A stretch of DNA of 59,140 nt, taken from assembly GCA_001938485.1 (NCBI GenBank), contig MQRK01238311.1, forward strand, positions 1 to 59,140, read 5' to 3'. This DNA is from Girardia tigrina. Lineage: Eukaryota. The position numbers and the translations under genes were made by a program. Positions within the stretch are counted from its first letter, which is position 1, and every line of letters begins with the position of its first letter. The notes under the pieces were generated by a model, which was given only the letters and a program-made list of their open reading frames with translations, made no database searches and was not told the origin of the DNA. This document shows, one piece after another, positions 25,801 through 37,800 of the stretch.

Positions 25801-28800
25801 GTGATTAGAAAACAAATTGAAAAAGTCGTAAAAAAACGGACCGGAAATGATGTCTTTGTAGATCAGCATTGTTCGTTCGTGGTGGAATATTGGAATTTCA
25901 AAATAAATGTGTTTAGGGTAAACAAGTATTTAAACAAACACAATTATTTCTGGTGACCTTGAGCCGTTAATTTCGTTATGATTGTTGAGTAATAGATTTT
26001 ATGAATTTACTTCTTTGGCAAATAAATATTTACAAATATTATTTGTGAATTGTGATTATTGTATTTATTTAATGGGAAAAAAATAATTTTATATAATTAA
26101 AAACTATTTTACATTTACCGAAAAAAACAAAATTATTTTCATTGACTTTGTGGGTAGTTAAATTTTTATGATTATTATTTAACTGATTTTAAAAATTTAT
26201 TTATTTGGGAAAAAAATTTCAGTTTATATATAAACGATGATTACACATTCATTTAATGAAAAAAATTAATTTTACAGAAACATAAAACTATTTTTTATAT
26301 TTATTTATTACAAAATAATGTATGTGTTATGGAAATTATTTTCTTTTATGTTTGATAAACTATTTATATTTAAAATGACATAATATTTTTATATTAATTT
26401 TAGAAAAATGAAAACTTAGTAAAATAAAAATTTTTTAATTCTCTTTGTTCATTTCGACGGTTTATTATTAATGTATAAATATACAAATTGAATTAAATAT
26501 TTTAAATAGTTTTGTAACGTTTAAAATTAAAATATGATTATTATAATTTTAAATGATGGATCGGAGTAATCAATTTGTATTGTAAATTATTAGAATTTTT
26601 AAGAAAGAAATAAATTAATAATAAATTAATAGGAATCTGCAAACAGAATATTAATTAAAGAAAAGAATAGGTTTAAATTTGTGTTTAATAAATTATTATT
26701 GCTGTTTATTCTAAGAAAGATTTGAAACTTAGGAAAATTTATTTATAACACGATTCACTCTGATTCAAAAGTACTCGATAATATTCAAACAGTAGTTTTT
26801 AATTTAGGTCGTAATTCATATTCCTTCTACCACCATGGGTCACAAAATTCAAACTTTGTAACGTTGACGTGGTCCTACAGACGATTTCATTGAATTACGT
26901 TGGTCTTCGAATGATTCTATGAAGCTGTTTTTCAGGCATTACATTTTAGGCCACTGGACTTGGGCTATTTTTTAGAGGTCTTACACACTTGAATAATGTG
27001 TACATACATTCCATTTATTTGATGCGGTGATGGTACTGCAATTACCGTTGTGCATCTTCATATTGATATGCAAGCTGGTTTTAAAAACACTTCGTCCCCA
27101 ACCATTAGCTCCTTCCTGATTTTCAGATCTTCCATTGACATCCTATCCAGAGTTTCCGACCGTATCAACATGGGATCTTAGCACAAAAACAGTCTCCGCT
27201 TCTGAAAAAATAAGCAAGGATAAACGCCTACTACGTACGGTGTCGCATTATACCAGACGATCATTTCTCAAAATATTCAGCCGCTCAGATATACAATATT
27301 TTTTATGGTGCAGTGCTGCGCTCTACGATTCCGTTACCTCTCGGGCGGTTTATGCTTCGAAACTCGGAAGTTATTTCAATTCTTTTGAACAGAAAGCAGC
27401 AACCTGATAGTAATGTAATTATTTAAGAGCACCTCCTTAAGTTGCCCAAATTAGTTCACAATGCTGACCATAGCGGCGGAGATATCTGTTTCATTCTTGG
27501 ACAAGTAACTACGAACCAGCTTTGGCCTCAGTCCTCCACTTTTATGAATTTTTACTCCCCATATACGCGAAATCGACTGTCAGCCGCTGCCACGTATTCC
27601 GTATTATAATTTCCTCTTTGTATTAGTGTACAGGTGCACGGTTGATAGATGCACACTGAACTCATCTCTTTACCATCGATCGAACTTGCACTTTTTTTGA
27701 CTTTGGTACGACCCTATGTTTTCTTCGCCAAGAACTTCCGACGCCTGACTCCCAGATGGTGGGTGGTATGCAGTTGTTTTATCCTTTTAACAGATTCACT
27801 TTGATCCTCATCTACTACTGACACTGTCACAACTTATTGTTTGCCATAGTCCACCAGCAGTTTACTCAGTGCTTGGGAACTTATCTGTTCTGCTAAGACA
27901 GTGCTGCTGCTTCTAGCTTGACCACATTAATATGGGCACTGTCGTCCTCCTGACTGAGGCAGTAGGTATCATGAACTATTTGGCCTTCTATCTCAGTAAT
28001 ACGTCAACTGCAATCGAACTAGTCACACCTCACCCCTCCTTCTCAATTTTCGGTATTTCTCTTGTACTTTGAGCCAGATCCGCTTTTTATAACTATTTCG
28101 GACAAATGCGGTGCTATTCGGTACCTATTACGGTGTCATCACACTACATGACTGAGTTTGTATGAAATTTGTGATCTGATCCCAACACATGCTGCAATAC
28201 TCTGTGCATGATTTTTGGTGAATAGCCGTATTGAATACGATGACAGTTCATGATTATGCACCACCCGATAAGGCCATGCCGATCGAACCACTTTGGTTCG
28301 TAAAAAGACCTTAAAAATAAAATTTAAGAAAATAACATAAAAAATAACGTGAATAATATAATTGGAAAGACCACCGGTTAACAGGTTTAGAAACACAAAT
28401 GAATTCAAGTTTAAATACAGGGTGCGCAAAAAAACCGACCACTTTAAATTTGACAATTATTTTGTTTTCCGTTCAACAAAATTTATTCAAAACATAACAA
28501 TATCAACAAAAACGGTATATACAATTTTTTGTTTTCAAAATGGCCGCCATTGGCATCAATAAACTTTTGCAATCGTTCCAGGAAGTCATCAATCGCTCTC
28601 GGAATCATTTTCAACGGTAATTCATCCCATGCCTTCTTTAGAATCTTTTTCAACGACTGTATGGACTGGCACGGTTTTGAACACTCTTTCCTCTAGCCAA
28701 CTCCCCATATTGTAGTCCATCCCGTTCAAATCTGGGTGACACGGAGGCCATTCACATTGGCTCTTTGTGGGCTAATGTCAACAGAAATGAAGTCTGGGTA

Positions 28801-31800
28801 ATTTGCTTCGATCAACTCCTTCGCTTCGACAGCCTTGTGGGACGGGACGCCATCTTACTGGAATGTCCAGTGTTCGTCCCCAAACGCCTTTCTTGCCCAC
28901 GGAAAAACTTTATTTTCCAACATTTCTCGATACACCCGACCATCAACTTTGACACCTTCGGCAAAGAACACAAGATGTGTCTTGCCCTTTGACCAATGGA
29001 TCCCGGCCCAAACCATGATTTGCTTCGGCTTTTGCTGGCGGGAGGTGATGCGATGCTCCAGTGGGAGGGGTCTCAACTAACCAATCGCGATGGTTTTGGG
29101 AGTTGAAGCTTTGTTCGTCTTTGAACAACTTTTCATTGGTGAAGAGGATTGAGCGATGTCTTGCGGCCGCGAATCTTCTTTTTAACCTTTTGCATCGATC
29201 CAGGCTTTTTGTTTAGCATTTTGGTTCAAAAACTGCCCCTTTACCTTTTTTCTTGACTTCATTCCAAGGTTTTTGTGAAGAACTGATCCATCTGATATGC
29301 CCAATGCCTTGCCAATCTCTCTGGTCGATTTCTTGCGGCTGTTTGAGTTTCGCTTGATTCTTCCCTTGATGCTACGCACGTTGGCTTTCGTTCTCACCGT
29401 TCTGGGTCGTCTACTTCCAGGTCTATGCTCATTTATAGCAGTTTCATTGAATCGGGAAATTATATCATGAGCTGTGGTTTTTGGTACACCTAGCGATTCA
29501 GCAATTTAGCGCTTGGATTTTCTTTGTAGATGTAACTTTATAATTGTTTTCCTGTATTCAGACATGCTAAAAAACAAATACAATAAAGTGATATGTATAA
29601 ATTTATTTAGAGTGACAAAAAACAAAAATACAATGTGTAAAAACCAAAATACAAAAATACAATGTGGAAAAAGCAAAACAATTGTCAAATTTAAAGTGGT
29701 CGGTCGTTTTACTTTGAATAATTGATTTGAAAAATACTTACTGCATATGACAAAAACATAATAAACTAAAAACCAAATATTTGCGCATTTAGAAAAAATT
29801 AATTTTACTAAATTGATATGAAGACATTTAAAAGAGATTTTATTTGCATAAAAAATGTTGTTTTATTTAAACAAATATAACAACTAATATTTAATTACAC
29901 TGCTTCATGATCTCATGATCAAATCATAAAATCATTTAAATGTTGAGAGATCTAACGTACCAACGTCAGTCATCTTGTAGAATATTTTAATATATTTGGA
30001 GCTACTGAACCTTATTTTTAATAAGCTCTCTTTGAAGTAAAATCAGTTAATATATAGTATTAAAGTACCTAATCTCTAACTTCGTCTTTGCTGTCTCTGT
30101 TGTAATTATCGGAGGCAAATATAGTAGATTCTTGAATTTTCATAATTCTCCTGATGTGAGATAAATTGCCCGATCTACATCTGTGAAATCATCATTCAAT
30201 CTTTGCTACATTTCTATTTCTTAACCACTCTGGAAACTAAAGAAACTAATGAATGAAACACATTAAACAAAATTCGTTGATCTGATCATAATCTCCATCG
30301 AGAGTCATGATCAACTGTTTGATCTCGGCCGCTAAATCATCTAAACTATGATCTAATAGAATTTTCTGTTTATTAAGCAGTACAAATGCATTAAATTTGC
30401 TGAAATGCAATTCACTTTTAATTTGCTTTTATTTCAACAATAATCCTTAACTCATGTCACATACCTTATCTAACATAATAACCAAGATTGCAACCTCTTT
30501 TTCCACTAAAACGTTAACTTAAATGGCGAACTGAAACTTTGTCGATCAAACGCTCGAAATCAACTCTACCATCAAATTTATAGAGATTCTTGATTGTTTT
30601 CATTGCCGCGTTAGCTTCTTACAAATTGATAATTAGACATTTAAAAGAAACTTCATCTATATCTACAAAAATGGTTTCATTTAATCAAATATAATAATTA
30701 ATATTTATTTCGCTTTTTTTGTTTTTTTCAATAATTTATGATTAATTAATTCATTAATTGGTAAATGTTTACATAAATTATTATAGTATTTTTGGAAATC
30801 AATAATTTAACAAAATTTAAACTCTATACGATTAAGAAAAGTCGGAGAAATGATCGACAAAAGAGTTGTACCAAACAGACAAACAGACAAACAGACAAAC
30901 AAACTGAGCAAATGAATATATAGCGTGGTAAAAAGAATAAACCCAGCCTTATTAAAACATTGCTTTAAATTATCAATGAGATTAATGTAAAAATTTATAT
31001 TCCCGTTCAATTTTAAAAGTTTGTCAAGGAAAAACCTTTTATTTGACATGTTAATAAGTGATAATATTTATTTTTATTTATTGAAACTTTTTGGTGGTCG
31101 AATTTTAACAAATTACGATATTCTGTTTGTTTCGAGATTAATTTTTATTAAATAGAGATTAAAGGAAAAATTTTTACATGCAAAAGAAGCGTATCGAGTT
31201 TGTATGGCTTTTCGGGAAATAAAAGATTTCATGATGGTGAATGGAAAGTCGGTTAAAGCTCGACAAAAGTTGTTGAGAAATTTACGGGTATTTATAATTT
31301 GTTTTTCAAATATATTTATGATAAGTAAATAGGTTATTGATCTTCTCGTCAAATTGTTGAATATGCCTCTCTATGGTCAACCTGACGAAGCCAATTTTCT
31401 TAAAGTTCATTTGGAATGTTATGATATCCTCTATACCTATATGATAGGGTCGAGTAGGAAAAATGCTCTCTACTTTGCCAAATACATTGAACTTTTTGAA
31501 GCACAAATTTTGGATAAAGTAATTTATTTTAAATAACCTTTAAATATGTAAGGCAATTTAAAACTTCAGTCAGAGATCAGCCTTAAAGTGGTTACCCTAA
31601 TTGTCGAACTCATTCGGGATAATCGGAAAATTGTCGACCGGATAAGTAAAGTTCAAATAAATCAGTTTGTTGAAGCTCTTAGAACAAATGAAGTTTTGGA
31701 AATTTTAATTAAAAAAGATTATTTCCTTATTTTATTCTAGAATTATCGATATTTGGAATTATTAAAAGTGCTTTGTGTTTGCAATGGTGTGGGTATTGTT

Positions 31801-34800
31801 GATAATCAAACATATATTGCTCAAAGGTGGCTCTTGGAAGATAGGGTAATTTATAATATATCTTAACATGAATCAACTACTGTTTTACCTTAAAAATTTT
31901 AAACTCATATAGAAAACCTTTTGAAATTTCTTAACTATTTCTTCAGTAAATTCTCCATTTTAAAAGTACTAAATCTGAGGTTACCTATAGGGTCCTGAGA
32001 AACTGGTATATTTAATGCACAGACATGAATATAATACATTTAGATTGACCAGAAGCCCTTCATTACCGACCGAAGCATTATATAGCTACTAACTACAGTT
32101 CTGATACTCTACTATCAGTAAAGACCAAAATCCTGACAGGGAAGTCTACGAAACTTTGTCACAGCTTCAGAGGGAAATCACATGGAAGTATGCCCAACTG
32201 AATTATATAGAAAGTCCCCAGTTTTCAAATAACAATATTTCTATTTCTTTTGAAAATAGTTATGAAAACTGCTTTTTATGTTCCATTTTGAGAGTCAAGA
32301 TATACATTTTATAAGAAGTCTGAAGGTAATGTATGAAGATTTTAATTATAGAAACTTAAATTAAACTAAAAGACGAAAACAATATTTGCAAGAAGACATA
32401 AATCAGAAATTTCCACATCAATCGTTTAACCTTTAAACATATGATTTTTTGGTTATAAATTGAATGACCGAAGGGTACTCAATTTACGTTAGGTGAGGCA
32501 TTTTCATACACTAGTTATGTTATCTGTTTGGCCACTAAAAATACTACCGGTTTTTCTCGAATATTAGACCACCCTAAATATGAACATTTTTCAAAGATTT
32601 GGTTATTTGCAAATTTGAATATAAGTCTTATAGTTTTGGTGGGCACATTCCCTGTTCAGAACATAATTCCATTGAAACTCCAACAATATATTTGACAAAA
32701 TGACAAAAATGGTCATATTTTATAGTATTATAGGTATTTATTTAATGGTATTAATTTGAGAAAAACGGGTACTTTTTGTGTAAATCTCGCACAGGTGCAA
32801 CTATGATGTACCAAATTATGAACACGCTTGAATGCGTGTCGACCTGCCTGACTGCTAATTCATAGCGTATATCTCATAATTAAAATTATAAAAGAGATAA
32901 TCAAGTTTTTGTTGGGAGTTTAATTATATTATTAACTTTCTTAAATGAAGTCCATTTGCTAAGCATGTCAGCTATGATCGTTGTGAAAGAATTGGATTTG
33001 TCACTGTGTCGTAGAGGTTGGAAGGATGAAAATTCGAGCAGAATCTGTATATGGAGGGTGAAATGAATTTTTTTGTTTGAATGTTAAATACGGAGAGTTG
33101 GTCGCTCGAGTCACCTAGTAAGGGTAAGGAACGATCGAAAATAATTTGTCGAGTTTGAATCTAAGAAATAACTACAAGGATGCCACTTCTGGAATATCAC
33201 TCAAAAATAATAATAAAAATTCGTTGAAACGTAAAGTTTAAATAAATCAGTTTGTTGAAGCTCTTAGAACAAATTAAGGTTTTGAAATTTTAATTTAAAA
33301 AGATTATTTAATTATTGATAAAAATAATCAAGACGTTTTAAAGTCTTTGATAAAAGCATTTATTCTAGAGAGGAGTGTACTTAACAGAAAGGGGTCAAAA
33401 TATCCACGAGCAACCAAACATCCTCTACGTTAGTACAGACTGCATGAAGTCATGGATCGCTTTACACAAGTTCCTTCAAGTAATGTTTTAGGAATTAAAC
33501 ATTAGCTATAATATTTATTTTTATTTCCATAGGTAGACTATTCTGGATATGACGAAGAAAAAGTTCAATTTTTGTTAGCTCAATTAGATTTATTCAATGC
33601 CATTTGTTATGTATGATTTTTTTTGTAAATACATACTTGTTATTTTATCCTAGGGTCGTAATGAATACTGTATTCGTTTAATAACAAAAGATCTTAGTTA
33701 CCTGTCCTGGGAAGAAGGATTTCTTTCGCTGCAGTCGGAAATACTTCCGGATGATGTTCGAGCGAAATATTGTGAGATGATAATCGGTAAAATTGGAAGT
33801 TACTCTAACTTATTCATTTTGTATTGTTTGTAGGATTGTTTGTCGATGTGGGGAATAATTATTCTGTTGTCGATCATCCTGAAAGAAGTTTTGTTTATGA
33901 ATATGTAGGAACTAAAGATCAAAACAAAACCACAACGTCGGATCAATATGTTAGAATCTGATTAATTATTTAAAATAATGTTATTATTCAATGTATACAA
34001 TACAATTTATTAATAAATTAGCATTATTTCTATTAAGAACATTAATTGAGTTTCCTTTACATTTATTATTATCACAATTTGAATTGTCACTACAACAATT
34101 CTCCTTAAAACTTGCGTAGCTCGTCATCGTTCTTGATTGATAATCTTTAATAATATTCTTTAACGTCTTATTATTCAAACAAATTTAAAATACAATTTAA
34201 TTATTACAAAAATAATTTATACTTGAAATTTAAAATAATTTTTATTTTTTTAAGAAATTATTATTAAAATATTATTTATGAAATATTAGTTTAATTTTAA
34301 AGTGATTATTTAACTTTTAATAATTGTTTAAACAACTCGACGTTTTAAAATATTTAAGATATCAATCCTAAAACAACATACAATAAACACCATTCAAAAA
34401 TATTCCTCACAATTTCTATTATCAATTTTGATCTGGTCAGTAAATTCTAAGAGTACAAGTAATAAAATAAAATTGATTTTCTTTCAAGTTTATTAAATCT
34501 TAATGGAATATAAAGACATTGAACAAATTTAAACAAGATTAAATTACAAAACATACTTGAAAGAATTTTTCATGTCGTAGGAATTATTTAGAAGGAACTA
34601 AGGTGCTAATTGATGTACAATTAGTGCAATAGAAACTGGATTTCCTATTGATCAATAGATCTAAAAAATATTTATTTGAGCCTTTTGGATAGTTGTAGCG
34701 ACATCCCAAAAGATTGAAAAGAAATATCCCCAATAACGTGGAGGAATTCGTTTCAGAAAAGTACCTTTACAAATTATTAGGTCGTCAAGTATGAAATTTG

Positions 34801-37800
34801 TGGAACAAAAGTCAAAGTTTATTGCTAATTTACCAATACAGATATTTATGTCATTCATCAAATTTACATCCATATTATCAACACACTTTTTTCATTAGAG
34901 CGACAGCTTGTAGGCTATTTGAAAAAAAATTGGTGGGCGAGAATCTATAAATTTCTGAAGCCCTTTTTTATGGAATCTTCGGAATTGATTTTTTTCCTAT
35001 CAAAAAGTTGTTCAAATTAAGGACGAAATGGTAGTCAGGTTGGGGCTGGATGAGTATGAAGGATGATGTAGAAGTTCCAACTCAGTTCCTGTTATTTTGC
35101 ATTGTCGTGGAACAAGATTGAAGTTGATCTATTTGTCAAACGGGGCTCTTTTTCTTTGAGTTTCCGCATCATATCTTCAAATCGGTTGCTTTAGACATCT
35201 GCTGTGATCGTCAAACCAGGTTTCATGAAGTAATAATAGATTACACCTGCGTCGGTCCACAAAACACTCACTATCAGCTTCTTTTGATGAATGTTGTGCT
35301 TTGAACTGTATTTTAGTGCTTCATTCGTGTCCATTCAGCTTGTTGAACGTTCGTAATTATCATATTGGATCCACGTGCCATCACAAGGGATAATTTGATT
35401 CAAAAAGTGATCACATTTATAACGAGAATGTATCATCAAGCAAGCATAAAAACGCTTTTGTTTCTGCTTTTCATTCAACTCATACATAGTCCACTTATCT
35501 AAGCTTTTCACTTTACCAATTTAACCCAAGTAATTCAATATTGTTTGCTTTGTAACACCAAACGTAAGTGATAAATCATGCGCACTTTGTGATGGATCCG
35601 ACTCTACGGTTAGCTTTTAATTTTCTTTGTCTACCTGCGTTTCTGGACGACCCCGAAACTCATTATTGAAGTTAAAATTACCTTTCACGAATTTCCTGAA
35701 CCAATTTGAGACTGTCTGCTGCATATCCGAAAACACTACTGATATTTCGTATGGTTTATGATGCTAAAGTTCCACGTAGTAACTCGTACTTTTTAATAGT
35801 TAGAATTTCTGCGTTTTAAATTTTTTAAAATACTGATTATTAAAACAAGTTGTCAATAATTTTAAATAATGTTTATTGATTTGTTCAATAGCCAAGATCT
35901 GTAGTAATCAAACAAAAAAACTTGAGCAACAAAGTGTGAAGTCATTGTTAAATTATAACTATTTGAATTTCTTGTAATCATGACTGAAATTTCATACTTG
36001 ACAATTTAATATATAGATTTCTCCTAAACAAAATTCAGGGGTCTTTCTAATTTTCACACCCAGTTAAAAAGAATATTTGTATTTGATATAAAATAAGAAT
36101 ATATTTATTTTTCGCAAAATTAAATGCCATTTAAATAAACTAGGCGGCAAAGGACTTAGTTACAATATTTCCAGCGTTAAGAGATTGGATAGCCGCTTTT
36201 TTGGATGAAAATACATATATGATTGCTTCTAAAATTGAACACAACATGCTTATTGAACAAGTTCTTCGATTGTTGAACTTTTTGGTAAAATTTGGTTACT
36301 ATGGTGACGTGGACGATGTCAGAAGTCTGTTGGACAAACTTATCGGATTGATAGATGGAAGTAGGGATCTCCCATTTCCTCCGGAACGACAAGGAAAAGG
36401 TATTTTATTTATTTTCTACAATTAAAGTTTTGGTTATTAAAGATATGGTTAAAGGTTAAAGGTTTAGCTAAAGATCTTATTTGTTAGCTTCTTTCGGAAA
36501 GGCCGAATAATAAAAAGTCAGAAATAAATTTTTAGTAAAAATTTATTTTAATACACAATTTTTCACTTTTTTGAATTTTTTCCAAAACTCTGAATATTAA
36601 AACAATTTCTTTATTTTAATATGATTCACTTATTTTTTGGAGGAACCAATTTATTTAAATTACCAACCATATATAGTACAAATATTTATATACATAAAAA
36701 TAGTTTAATTATTTAACTTAATTATTATGATAAAATTTTCTTAAAGAATTTTACATTATTATTCATTTAAATTAATTTAGTACATGAAAAAATTTAGCTT
36801 CAAATTTAATCTCCAACATTATTAATTCTCAAATTTATCATACACCGTCTAATTGTATCTATTTTTCTATTGAAAATGTCATCAATGTTATATTATAATA
36901 TCTTTCATATTATAATAATTTCCATATGATATATATGTATGATTTTCATATTTTTTTTCCCAAAGAACTATCGAAGGAAAAAAAGAAGCTCGTTCAAAAG
37001 TACCAACAAGGGGATAGATTTTTAGAGTCAAAAGAAACCAGTGCTATTGTTAATGCAAAATATGCCGCCCTTGAAGTTCTTCAAATGATTCTAAATTTCG
37101 AATCCAACGCTCGATTAGCGGTTTATATTATTTACTAAGCTTTAAAGATTTTATTTAACAATTTTATTTAGGGATTTATGGCAAAGTTTAAAGAATGTGA
37201 AAAAAATGAAGGTTTATTGAAGAAGAAAAATCCCAGTTCCTTAGCATGTGCCTTATACGAAGGATTTAATCCTTATGAAAAGAAAACGTAATCATTTTAT
37301 TACATTTTCCTTTTTTACAATGACTTTCATTTAGTTCTGCTGTGCGGAAACAGAAATTGATGATAAAAGAACTCAGAGAAATGTTTGAAAATACAACTCA
37401 AGTTAAGATTGACCAAATGACAAATATTCTAATCGTAATACTTTTTTCTATTACATCTTTTATTTTATGAACCTTATTAACGTTTTGTTGATTGTTTAAT
37501 ATTTTTAAAATCTCAAATCTAGATTAATGACAAATACTGAAAGTAAAATTTAGGATTATTACAATAACAATTCTGGTTGTGTTACTAATAAATCTTGTAA
37601 TAAAAACCTGATTAAGTAGGTAAATTAGGTTATACATGCCAATAAAGAAAATTGTTTTCTTAATAAAACATATAAATACCTGTTATTCGATTTAAATAAA
37701 TTTCCTTTTACCACAATGTAGTGGGACATTTTCCCACCAACTTGCAGCGTAGCGCTGGTGTTTCTTTTAATTTTAGTAGCAAAATTAGACTTTCCGTAGA

